Program-made: the position numbers and the translations under genes
Part shown: in pieces, positions 32,525 to 44,290 of the stretch
How positions within the stretch are numbered: position 1 is the first letter of the stretch
Layout of the letters: each line of letters opens with the position of its first letter
Assembly: GCF_009914755.1 (NCBI RefSeq)
Contig: NC_060931.1
Strand: one strand, 5' to 3'
Origin: the human T2T-CHM13v2.0 reference genome, Homo sapiens
DNA: 64,000 bases
Notes under the pieces: model-generated
The model's input: the letters and a program-made list of their open reading frames with translations, nothing else
Told to the model about the DNA's origin: nothing
Databases searched by the model: none

Positions 32525-32710
32525 AAACATTGTCTCATTTAATTCTCAGAACAATCCTATGAGGGATGTAATATCATCACTTGGTTTACAAATGGGGAAA
32601 TTGAAAAGATAAGAAATGTGCATAGGGTTACACAGTTGGTAAATGGCAGACTTGGGATTCAAACCCAAGTCTGTCTGATTCCAAAACCCAAACCCTACTT
32701 TCTCCACCAG
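32525..32710 (-). mobile_element. MIR
   Basis: ctcatttaattctcagaacaatcctatgag..ggcagacttgggattcaaacccaagtctgtctgattccaaa. Confidence 0.85.
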
Positions 32711-33774
32711 AAAATGCTCCTGAATGTTCAAAATTCTTCATGTGAAACACAGGCTCTTCTGAACAACTTATCAGTCTTTTTTTTTTTCAAAATGACCTAC
32801 AATGACAAACCAAATTAATTATCTCTAATACAAATGACTTCTTAAAACAAAGACTTGATATCCAATAATTTTTGAATTCGGGAAAAGAATTCTAGAAGCC
32901 AATCTCCATAATAGAATCCCTTCTCTCTCCCAAAATGTAATTGTGACAGTGCACTGACAGACCCAGTGAGAAGGACTGGGCCTTCAAAAATCTTCTATCA
33001 AAAGAGTAATATATAAAAGAGCTGACAGATAAGAACTACCTATCACTCTTAATATTGGTAATCCTCTTTAGGATTAGTTTGCACCCATAAAGTTCTCAAG
33101 ACTTCAAACTGGGAAAAGCTTATTGAACTTTCATTTAATATATATTTTAAATAAAAATAAATCAGGTTCAGGCGATAGCTCCATGCCACCAAAGAACGAA
33201 CTTTTTTTTACATAAAAACCTTGTTATATGAGATTCATGGACCCCATTCTCTTTGATAACCGCCAGCATATTTAGATAATTGATCATGTGTGCTGCCCTT
33301 GAGTTCCTAGTGACTGTCAATTAAGTTTGTTCTTAATGTTGCTGCATGGAAATGGCTACAAGCAAAGACAGATGACACTGCTGCTTTAGGGTGATAGGAT
33401 TTGAAAAATATCATGACAAATGCTTCTGGCAACTCAACAGCAGAATATTCAGATGTAAATTCCACTTTACATCAACAGTGTCATATTTATATTTGACAGC
33501 CCTGATTGCCTACTAGGGAGGTCCTTTTTAGAGATTAGGTTGAATAAAATGCTGGCTTTTAAATTAAAATATTAATCATTAGGAATGGCAGCAGTTACTT
33601 GATTACTTCATTGAAGTTTTGTGGAAGTTTTTTTTTTTAAGGAAAGTAAGTTGATTTGAGAGAAGCAGAATGATAGTGAAAGACATGTTGTCTTTTTGGA
33701 TTTAAGGATACCTGAAAGTGGTAGCCACTTCATTATTTTATTGAGTTGTTGCCTCATTAACGGGATGCATCTAT

Positions 33775-34255
33775 CATGTCTATTCCTGTTTCAAGTGACT
33801 GAATCCCCAAGTGAATGAACTAAAGTAGACAATGGGAAATTTATTGGCTCATATAACCCATCTGCTGAAAAGGCAGAAGTGGACCTGACCTCTGAGGCTG
33901 AAACCAAGGACTCAAACCCTTTTATCTGAACGCTCGACCTCTTGCATTTTTTCATCAGCTTCCTTTCCTCAGATCATATTCTCCATGTAGCAAAAGACAT
34001 CATTCTGGGTTTATCTGGGTTCATACCCCTAGGACATATGACCAGAGAAGAAAAAAGGCTCTCTTTTCACATCTTGAATTTGAAAAGTCCCCACATAGGA
34101 ATTGGATTGTCCTGGGTTGGATGACCTGCCCATCACATAGATCAGTCACAAGAACAAGGACTAAAAATTTATGTAGACCCTTCCCACCACCAGTAGCTAG
34201 GAAAACAGTTTCTGTTGTCAGAACAGAGAGAGGTCTGGATAGACAAAACAAGAGC
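33775..34255 (-). mobile_element. Old MLT1 (J/K-like) LTR
   Basis: gggaaatttattggctcatataac..ccaaggactcaaac..ggattgtcctgggttggatgacctgcccatc. Confidence 0.6.
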
Positions 34256-35509
34256 TATTCTGTAGAATAAAGATGATTGAGGCAGTGCAAAAAAAAAAAA
34301 AATCTTACCATCTTGTCATATTGCTTATGATCATGCTGAACAAATTTTTTGATATAGTAATAGGCTTTTTTTTCTTTGTTGGTGCTTATGTTAGATTGAG
34401 TTGAGTGATTTACAAGTTCATTCTTGCCTATCTTAAGTGAGGGACACTACTTTTAGGTAAGCTAAAGGAATATAGGATCTTCAGTTTTTCCTTTTTGAAT
34501 GTAATGTGTATTCGAGATTACTGTTGTCCTAATTAGAATTATTTTCCAACCAACAAGGGAAAACTACCATCTTAACAACTTCATAATGGTTATTTTCCAT
34601 CCATGGGGCGCCACATTAAAATTTTAAAGATATTCTTCGTACAGATTGTAGCCAGGTTGCATGCATTAAACTACTGCTCAGGCAAGTAACACGTGTTTGG
34701 GATAATTATGCTGTTTTCCCTATTTATTTATGAAGTGTCACATTAAAGTTTAAACCAAGATTTATCATTGAGTGTAGATATCCCATGCATAGCAAACAGC
34801 AGTCACCTCTTCTTTCTGGTTGTTGAGTGTTAAATTCAGCTTTCAAAACCAGCTGTTTAGTATTTAAAGAGAAAGTAAACCAAATTAAACATCAAAGAGC
34901 TTGAAAAGAATATAACATACTCAGGCAAACAGTCAGCTTGAGGCGTCCTATTTCATTGAATAGTTAATAGAAGAATTGCATAAATTATTCATGATAAAAA
35001 GTAGACTCTGCTTTCACTGTATTTCTACATCTTAGCATTTCTAACGCTGATTTTTCTAATGCAAACTTTCTGGGTGGCTGGATTCTGCAATAATTCTTGA
35101 ATCCACTGACATATCAGTTTGTAAAATTATGTGAAAATGAAGAGTAAAAAACAATTCAAAATTTAGATCCTTAAGATGCTAAAATACTCTATTTCATCCT
35201 TCACTAAATCTGCCATATCACCTGTTTCTCTTGGTCAAAACATGTGATATGTGCAAAACTAAGCCGGCTCCTTAGAAAATCAAGCTAGAAAGAAAGAGGA
35301 GGTATCTGGAGTTGGGTCAGGTTTCAGGGAAGGGAAGTGAGTCTTGATTCTCCTCCCCAGCGACAGGGATGTTTTGGAAGTGCAGGTAATCATGCAAGCT
35401 CATGATGCAAGGGAACATGGGGTACCACACACAGGTTTGGCCCAGGAAGATGCTATCCAAATGTGAATTTGAACTTAACAGCTGCAACTTGCCTCCCAAG
35501 TTCCAGGCT

Positions 35510-36150
35510 CATTTATTCAACTGCTTGCTTCTTTCAACAAGTATGTACTGATGACGAGCAATGTGCCAAGAGGACGTGAGGGTGAAGAAAACAGACCCGC
35601 AGGATGCTGAGGGTCTAGCAGGAGCAAGAGGACGTGAGGGTGAAGAAAACAGACCCGCAGGATGCTGAGGGTCTAGCAGGAGCAAGATAGATGAATCAAA
35701 ATAGTCACATAAATGTCAGAAGGGCTCTGAAGAAAAACAACAAAACAAAACAAAATGGGATAGTGAGGGAGCACTGAACAAAAGCACCTGGGCAGAGTGG
35801 CCAGACAAGGAAAGCATCCCTGAGAAGGGATTTCAGCTGAGAACCAAAAGATGAGGAAGAATCCCAAAGCTAAGTGGGAGGGAAAAGAAAGATCACTCTT
35901 GTGAGAGGAAGGAGAGAACAGAGCACTTTGAGGGAGTCCAGATGCCACCAGTGTGACTATGGCATCTCCTGGGAAGAACAATGTTAAATGAGAATATGGA
36001 GAGAGCTTCCAGGGTTGGACCACACTGGTTCTGTAAGATTTTAATCTTCGTTCTAAGAGCAAGGGGAAGCTGTTCGAGCCTTTCAAGATGGGGATGGAGG
36101 TGAGAGAGGGATGGAGAATGGCAACACGAATAGATGTGCATTTTGAAATA
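35510..36150 (-). mobile_element. L2 3' region (contains a 58-bp tandem duplication; left arm of the inverted repeat)
   Basis: atttattcaa..ttcaacaagtatgtactga..atgtgcca; ttctaagagcaaggggaagc. Confidence 0.7.
35567..35687. repeat. Perfect 58-bp tandem duplication
   Basis: caagaggacgtgagggtgaagaaaacagacccgcaggatgctgagggtctagcaggag x2 + caaga. Confidence 0.97.
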
Positions 36151-36189
36151 GAGTGACTTTGGTTGCCTCCTCAGTACTTTTCAATTATT

Positions 36190-36740
36190 AACAGATGCCC
36201 CATACATCCTGCTACCCAACCCAGAAGCTGAAAATCACCTCCAACCTCCACCTTTGGACTCCCTTGTTTTGGAGTCTACCTTCCAGAAAGTTGGAGTTAG
36301 TCCACTGTTCTTCCTCGGTACCCAATTCTCCTTTGCTCATGACCTCATTCCTTCTTGCCTGGATTACAAAAATGCCTCCAAAGTGGCATCCCTGCCTTCA
36401 GCTCAGCTTCTGCCTGCCTTTTGTTAGTTCTTTCACATAAATCTGATCAAGTTGCTTCCCTGCTTAAAATTCTTCATTGAGTCTGGTTCCCCTTGCGTTC
36501 AGCAAAGTTCAAATACCTTATTATGGCACACACATCTCCGTGGTGATCCTGCCCATGTTTACTCTGCTAAAATGTCAGTTCCCTAAAACCTCCATTCTAG
36601 TCCATGCCTCCACACATTTGCTTTTCTGTTTTCTCTGTTAGAAAGGTGCTGCTGGCCCAGGTTCTCTCCCCACGTAAAACAAACACACACCCTCACGTGG
36701 TTAACTCCCAGGGGACCTTCACAACTCCACTCAAGTTCTC
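36190..36740 (+). mobile_element. L2 fragment
   Basis: cttgcctggattacaaaaatgcctcc..aatctgatcaagttgcttccctgcttaaaattcttcattg. Confidence 0.65.
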
Positions 36741-36847
36741 ACAGTCATTTATTGAGCAAATATTAAGGGTGCTCCTTATGTGTGTGGTGATTCTATTGTG
36801 AGCAGAGTTAACCAGCTCTTCCCTTCACATGGGCTTACAGTCTAGAC

Positions 36848-37166
36848 CAGCATGGTACAAGAGAAATGTAATATGAAATATAAATTCAAGTTGCATATGT
36901 AATTTTATATTTTTTTAGTAACTACATTTAAAAAACAAAAAGAGATAGGTCAAATTAATTTAATGATATATTTTGTTTAACCCTTTAGATCCAAAATGGC
37001 ATTATTTCTACATGCATTCGATACTCAAAATCATTAATGAGATGTTTTATACATTTTTTGCACTATGTCTTTGAATTTATATTTTACAGTTACTGCACAT
37101 TTCAATTCAGACCAGCCACACTTCAAGTGCTCAAGTGGCTAGTGGCAACCAGACTGGACAGCATAG
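36848..37166 (+). mobile_element. MER33 hAT-Charlie element
   Basis: catatgtaattttatattttttt..cagccacacttcaagtgctcaa..tggacagcatag; 8-bp TSD gtctagac/ccctagac. Confidence 0.9.
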
Positions 37167-37345
37167 CCCTAGACAAAGTAATACATAATTACAACCTGGG
37201 CTAAGTCCTCGGGAGGTCAAGGCCAGAGATTATAAAGGTAGGGGAAGTGAATGTAAATTGGAGAGAGAGAGAGCAGAGCTCCTTTTGAAAATAACACTCC
37301 AGCTGAAACCTCAAGAACGGCTGAACATTAAGCTGGTGGAGTAGG

Positions 37346-37636
37346 CACCTCCCCATTGCTTTTAGAAGAAAGACTAACATTCTATGGGGCCAGTGTGGTC
37401 CATAGAGTAAAAAGTTCTCTCCATAGCCTCATTTTGCGTTGTTCTTCCAGGAGATGCCCTAGTCACACGACCATGTCTGGGCTCCTTCAGTGTGCTCTGT
37501 TCTTTCCCTCCTCTCACAGGAACGATCTTTCTTGTCCCTTCCACTTTGGCTTTGGGAATCCTTCCTTCCTCATCCTTTGGTTCTCAGCTGAAGTCACTTT
37601 CTCAGACGTTTCCCTGTCTGACCTCCCTGCCCCCAG
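37346..37636 (+). repeat. Right arm of an inverted duplication of 35787-36072 (L2-derived)
   Basis: Aligns to the reverse complement of 35787-36072 over its full length. Confidence 0.88.
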
Positions 37637-38121
37637 AATTTTCTCTGCTGAGGGAGCAGCATGTGCAACAGCCCTGAGATAGGAAACAGCTCAGTGACTC
37701 AGAGAAACTGGGAGAGGACTGGCCAGGAAGGGATGCGCCAGAGGAGGAAAGATTGTAGGGGGCTTCAAGAGTCACCCAAGGGGTTGACAATGTATGCCAG
37801 ATGCAGCTGGAAGCCAGAGAGAGGACTTCAGCAAGTTCACATCACTTTCATCAGGCCCCTTCTTTATGACCCTACCACATCAGCTACACAATCCAAGTCA
37901 TGTCCCTCTCCTCTGGCTTCTGTATTAACCATGTTTTTGGATTCTGTATTGACTATTTGACATCCCTTATTCCTAATCTTTCCACGAGTATGCTGCATCA
38001 CAGGACCAGACTAACAACCTGAGTTGTTCACATCTTCACTGAAAGCTAACTTTCATGGGTTCACAAAAAGCATGTTACAATTCCCCCAACCATTCACCAT
38101 GACCTGTTTCCCCTTAGTACC

Positions 38122-38532
38122 TGATACAGTTTGGATTTATGTTCCTGCCCAAATCTCATGTGGAATTGTAACCTCCACTGTTGGAGGAGGGGCCTGGTGG
38201 GAGGTGATTAGATCATGGGGGTGAATTTCCCCCTTGCTGTTCTCATGATAGAGTTCTCACGAGATGTGCTTTTTTAAAAGTGTGTGGCATCTCCCCAGCT
38301 CTCTCTTCTTCTCCTTCTTCAGCCATGTGAAGTGCTGGCTCCCTCTTCACCTTCCACCATAATTGTAAGTTTCCTGAGGCCTCCTCAGATGCCAGCATTA
38401 TACTTCCTGTACAGCCTCTGGATTGGTGAGCTAATTAAGCCTCTTTTCTTTATACATTACCCAGTCTCAGGTATTACTTTATAGCAGTGCGAGAATGGAC
38501 TAATACAGAAAATTTATACCAAGGAGTGGGGC
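38122..38532 (+). mobile_element. MSTA-like MaLR LTR (38122-38507) plus stub of internal region
   Basis: tgatacagtttggat..cccaaatctcatg..gagaatggactaataca followed by gaaaatttataccaaggagtggggc (MST-int start). Confidence 0.92.
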
Positions 38533-39291
38533 GGAAAGTAGGGATGTCTCTACCTAGTTGCTTCCCACCACTACGATCATAAAGGCACTATCCTAGTTTC
38601 TCTATCTGCTTCCAGCCCCCGAGTGTGACACCCAGGCATGTGGCCCTGTGTGGTGTGCTGTGCCTTTCATTTCTGAGAGAACTGTATTAAAAACTTTCTC
38701 GATATCATTGCTCAGCTACCATTATAAATTAAGACACAGGCCCAATCCAGTCTCCCATAGCTTCTCTACTGATACTAATTAGCATATGGCAATTAATTGG
38801 CTTGGTGTTAGTTTAATGTCTGTCTTCCTTACTGGTCTCTAACCTTCGTGAGACAGGAATGGCACCTTTTATCACTATTTCTCCAGCATGTAGCACAATG
38901 GGTGTTGGGTTAGGGCAGCTGGATGTCCTTCATCAGAAGAGCTCTTTCCCATTCTGTCCAGGGGAGAGGGTTCACAAGCCCATGCAGTGTGGCAGGCCCG
39001 CAAAGTTGAAGAGGGCTAGGCAGGGAAACTGAGGTTAAGACTCAGTTATGTGGACTGGACCACAGACAGGTCATGAGTAATGCAGGCTGCCTTTCAGTGA
39101 ACATTCACATGCCCAGGGCCTACCACAATTGCTTGGATACTGGTTCTATAGAAAGAAGAAAAACTACCAACTCCACCTGCTACCTCGCTGTCCTGCCTCA
39201 ATAAGCATGGGCTCAATTGAGGCAGCAGCTGCAGACAAAATCGTCAGTGATGCCAGCAAGAATAGGCTATGAAAGGTTTGGGACAGGGGTG

Positions 39292-39379
39292 CACACAGAG
39301 TCAATCTCATTCCTCTCTCTCTCTCCCTCCCTTCCTCACACAAAGTCAATTTCATTCTTCTCTCTCTCCCTCCTTCCCT
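39292..39379. repeat. ~45-bp imperfect tandem duplication
   Basis: cacacagagtcaatctcattcctctctc.. / cacacaaagtcaatttcattcttctctc.. Confidence 0.85.
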
Positions 39380-40727
39380 TCTTCTCATTTTTCCTCACCT
39401 TTCTGATATTCAGAGGAGATAAGGATGCATTTAAAGGAAGGTATAGCAACAAGACTCTACTTACATGATACCTGGAACAAATAAATTTGACCAATTCCTA
39501 CACAACCAGCTATTTTATCTCCAAAACTAAAGTAAGGAGAGAGGGTGACAATGGAAATATTCGACTCTTGAACAACTGTTTAAATGTTTATGGGTCATAA
39601 ATGTTTCATATATTTAGAATGTAGAGGACTTGGTTTTGGGGCTTTCAGTTTATCTATATAGGAGACGAACTTGATGAAAATCTAAAATAACAACACCCCA
39701 CTTCAAAAGACCTAAAGTTGGCCTACTATTTTGAAACCTGGTTTTCTTCTACTAGCAAAATTAATTTTTCAGAATATACTATGCAATAAAACATCATAGT
39801 GTATGTAATGAATAAACAGTGTCACTACTGGATTAACTACCCAAAGGCATAGTAGGATTTATAATTAGAGCTTCACTTTAACAACGAAGTTCAGAGGCTA
39901 GAGACACTAAAAGTACCGCATTATTTGATTTTAGATTTAAACAATGAATTATTTGAAGCTATGACAATCTCATTTATATATATGGTCCCTTCAGATCATA
40001 ACTTGCTAGATCGCAATATTTAAGCATCATTCTCCTGACTGTATATCATAATTTGTTTACCTCTTTTATGTATCTAAACTTTCATTACTATGCCAGTCTC
40101 ACTTTTTAAATTTAATATATAATTTCAAAGCAGAAAATCAAATCTAGTTTCTGTATTAATTATGGGAATTATCCAATTCCTTCCTAAGCATTGACAAGGC
40201 CTGAAATATACTAAACCTCTGGATGAACTCCTATCAACTTTGATTGTAATGAAAGGCTATGGTTTTCCCCTGGTAGCTAATTAGTTTTATTCAAATAGCC
40301 ACCTTTCGTTCACGAAACTAAAAAAGAAAGAAATGTGTTTGAACCTATGTAAGCGCAGGGTAAGGGCTTCCTGTAAAGACATTATTTTCTGGGTTCTTTT
40401 AATGGAATATTAGATGAAGAGATAGAAGCATATCCCTCTGAAAGTTTATTTCTTCCATCTCTTTAAAAATGTTTTGAATCTAAATTCTGACATGAACTAG
40501 ATTCACTGAATTATACTCCATTCTTATTTGTCAGTTTCCATTTTCCTTTTTTAGAATATGATTATTCAATAAAACTAATATGTATACCTAGAAACTAAAA
40601 GAAACTGCCAGGGTGGTCAGCAGTGTGTTCAGCATCTGTCATGTATCCCAAGACATGGAATCTCATTGCTTTTTCCCCTGACATCTCTTTACACTGAGCA
40701 CCTATTTATCTATCTTTCAAAAGAATT

Positions 40728-40802
40728 CATATGTGTGTATGTATATAGATATACACACACATATATATGTATATACACACACATATATACATACACACAT
40801 AT
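40728..40802. repeat. Mixed (TA)/(CA)/(TG) microsatellite
   Basis: Directly visible. Confidence 0.85.
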
Positions 40803-42338
40803 GAACACTGATTCTTCTGCAGACACAGCAGTTGAATGGATAAGATAAATAAAACTGTGTGGAAACTATCTGCCTTCACAAGGGTGTCTGAATGCAAAAA
40901 ACCCACCCACTTCTGGCCATTGTTTTGCCAACAGCCACCATTCATATGCCATTGCTTTTCACAGCAGAAACTTGAACACCAACACTTCCCCCAGTGGCTT
41001 TAAAATGGCTAAGAATCATTTTAAAGGACTAGAAGGAAACTTGAAATATAATCAGATCCAACCTTCTTGAATCATGCTTAAACCATAGCAGATAAGAAGT
41101 TATTCTTTGACAGAGACTGGCAAAGAAATAGGGCACAGCCTCCACTAGCAAATCATTCTCATTTGTGATAACACAAATGCTCAAGAAATTCTCCTCTGTA
41201 ACTCTTTCCAAACCTTCATACCTTAATGTCAACTCAAGTTCCACTCGGGACTTAAGTGTAGAATAAAAACAACCAGACGCTGCTCAAACTGTTAACAAAT
41301 TCCCTATTGGCCAGTGACTTTTTCTCCTATAAATAATAAGTGTTCCTCTTTAAAGGGGCGACTTTGCCTCATCTTCTGGACAGTTCTAAAAATACTGGAA
41401 TATTTTGTAGGCTCTTATCTGTCAGACATTTGGCATTGGATCTTTCTCCCCTACTCCTGGCTTTTATTAAAGTCAGCATCCCTGTAGCTTCCTCTCATCT
41501 CATTGATAAATCTGGTTATTCTTGTATCTCTCCTCATGTGGGCATTTGAGAATGGTTGAAGACAGTAGTCTCCTTATCCTAACTTCCCTGCGTTTCCTTT
41601 CACAGAGCAGGAGCTGAAACATCTCAAACAGAAGCACATAGAACATTTTTAAGGAAGTGAATATGCATTCCACATAGTTATATTTTTCCCAGTCGGAAGA
41701 GAAGAAGTGTCCACTTTGTCCTAAGGAAGAGAGAAAACAGCAGCTTTCCAAAAGTTATTCCAACCACCAACTTCTGGCCACTGTAGCTGTTACCAATATG
41801 TAAATCCATCACGTTTCTTGGACAGCTGAGGTTGGCTTTAGCCACCTCCATTGTTTAAGGTTTTCCTCTTTCAGTTTCTTTCTGAAAGAGTTTGTCTCAC
41901 AATAGTCTGCCTCTGACTTGTTAACTAGTAATAGTCTACTATAGAGTTTGTATTGGCTGCCTATTCAACAGCCATTTACTCTCTATTACAAAGCAATTTA
42001 CTCCCTCTTTGCTACCACAATTTGCACAACTGTTTAGATTCCTGGAGGCCCATTTTATAGGCCTGTCTCCAGACACAGTAGATGAATGCTCATTGTGGTT
42101 TTATCATAGCTCTTCTTCTAGTCTCCCTGCCAATGAATGACTGGTCTAGCATGGGTATGTGACACGTCTTTCACCAATGAAACAGAAGGGGAAGAGTTCT
42201 GTGGGGACTCAGGGATAGATTTCCATCCTAGGTTTAATGAGAGAGAGATTCATATACTGAATGTGCCCTTCTGCTCCTTGGTGGAATTATATACTGGTGT
42301 CATCTCGAGATGACACGCACCAAATTTAACATGCTAGT

Positions 42339-42372
42339 TGTATTAGGGTTCTCTAGATGGACAGCAATAATG

Positions 42373-42422
<50 letters not shown>

Positions 42423-42800
42423 GGGAGTTTAATAAGTATTAACTCACATGATCACAAGGTCCCACAATAGGCCACCTGCAGGCTGACGAGCAAGGAGAGC
42501 CAGTGTGAGTTCCAAAATTGAAGAGAACTTGGAGTTCGATGTTCGAGAGCAGGAAGCATCCAGCACAGGAGAAAGATGCAGGCTGGAAGGCTAGGCCCAT
42601 CTCTCTTTTCACATTTTTCACATTTTTCTAGCCATGCTGGCAGCTGATCAGATGGTGCCCACCCAGATTAAGGGTGGATCTGCCTTTCCCAGCCCACTGA
42701 CTCAAATGTTAATCTCTTTTGGCAACACCCTCACAGGCACACCCAGGGTCAATACTTTGTATCCTTCAATCTAATCAAGTTGACAGTATTAATCATCACA
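42339..42800 (-). mobile_element. MLT2A1-like HERV-L solo LTR
   Basis: tgtattagggttctctaga ... ggcaacaccctcacaggcacacccag..caagttgacagtattaatcatcaca; perfect 5-bp TSD ctagt (42334-42338/42801-42805). Confidence 0.93.
42375..42418. repeat. Perfect (AT)22 microsatellite
   Basis: Directly visible. Confidence 0.97.
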
Positions 42801-43074
42801 CTAGTGGTCACAGAGTAGAAAAATGGAAAGAAAACAAGTCCTTGATGGCATCATTGCATTGCTGAATTAACTGATCCCTGAAATACCTCTAGATTTCTTA
42901 TTATGTAGGATAATAAATTGCTTTTTATTTAAAACACTTTCAGTATGACTTTCCTTTACTTGCAGCTTAAATCTCTCTAATTAATACGAAGGCATTTGCT
43001 TTTAAAAAATACAAGTTAAATTCAAACCGAACAGAAATAATATTGTGGCTGTACTTCTAGAATGTGATTTAAAG

Positions 43075-43280
43075 GAACATTTCTAGAGCACCTACGATGC
43101 TCCAGGTATACAGCTACCCTCCCACTTTCCATCTTCGCAAGAGCCCTCTGACACCAGGTATTTAATGTACAAGAAAACTGAGCAACAAAGTGATTGAGTA
43201 ACTTGCTCAAAACAACACAGCTTGGAAATGGAGGCACTGGGAACCCAAGGCTGCCTGACTCAGAGCCTGACCTTCTCTCG
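43075..43280 (-). mobile_element. MIR
   Basis: gagcacctacgatgc..gaaaactgag..gagtaacttgctcaaaacaacacagc..gaacccaaggctgcctgactcagagcc. Confidence 0.8.
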
Positions 43281-44290
43281 TAAACCATTTGCTTCCAAAT
43301 AAACCAAAAGTTTTCTTGATGGGTATAAAATGGCCAAAATAGTACTGCAAACCTGTTTTCCACAGGCCAATATTTTAACAAAGACCAAACAAGTGTCTGC
43401 CAGAGGCATGCAGAGCCCCTGAATGTTGCTCAGTCTCTCCTGGCAGTCCGTATCCAGCTCATTCTTGTCTTCTAGAAGTTTGCAATAAAAGCAGGACTGC
43501 TTCTCATAAGTCAGCCCCATAACTACCATCCTACCTATGTGCCCACAGCTGCCTGCCACTCACAAACACTCTCTTCCTGAGCTTCAGGCTACCACTGGTG
43601 TGCAGCTTCCAAGGAATTATCATGACTGTTGTTGAGAACCCCTGGATCCCACACGGAAGCCACTGAGCCAGGCCAATATTTTTGAGAATACATATTTTCT
43701 TGGCTCCCAACAGTCACAGGATCCCTGCCTGAAGTTTAAAAAAAAAAGTCTAAACAATTTTTTAGACAAAAGGATATATTTTGTCTGAAAAAATAAAGGC
43801 AAAGGATACATTTCCTGGGAGTAGAAAAACAAAATTCCAGTGGAAGATAATGTTCAAATTCAATTCAAATTCTGTCTGACAAGGTTTGAATTATAACAAA
43901 GACTTTACTACTTCTCAGCTGCCATCTTTTAATTAGAATTGTGCTCTCAAAAGATATGTACGTGGTCCTCCATTTAGAAGACTGGAATAATATTTTGACA
44001 CACTTGCAAAAATCATGTGGATAGACAGTACCAGGAAGGGGGTTAATTTTAATTATCTATCAACTGCAAATTACTATAATATAGGATACATGTTTCTACC
44101 TCCATTATGTATTTTTAGAAATTCATTATTATTAACTGCTGGACAGAAGGACTTCTGAAATGCTGAGCAATGGGCTCTATATAAAACTTCTCATTGCAAA
44201 TTCATAGCCCTGAGGGAGTGTTGGTGTTGGTATTGTTGTTTTTACTGCAGAGTGAAGAATCTGAGTTGTAGGTAAGTTTTGTAACTTACT

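Larger units (their letters stand above)
41950..42987 (+). mobile_element. Old MLT1 (J/K-like) LTR split by MLT2A1
   Basis: gcatgggtatgtgacac..ccaatgaaacagaagggga; resumes after 42800 with agaaaaatggaaagaaaacaagtccttgatggcatcattg..ttacttgcagc. Confidence 0.7.

Noticed and set aside
35567-35687. Direct repeats as a possible CRISPR-like array
   Set aside because: Two adjacent copies with no spacers, in eukaryotic DNA with no cas genes.
35673-37682. Similar ORFs 35673..36086 (-) and 37356..37682 (+)
   Set aside because: They reflect the inverted DNA duplication of L2 sequence, and frames are not maintained.
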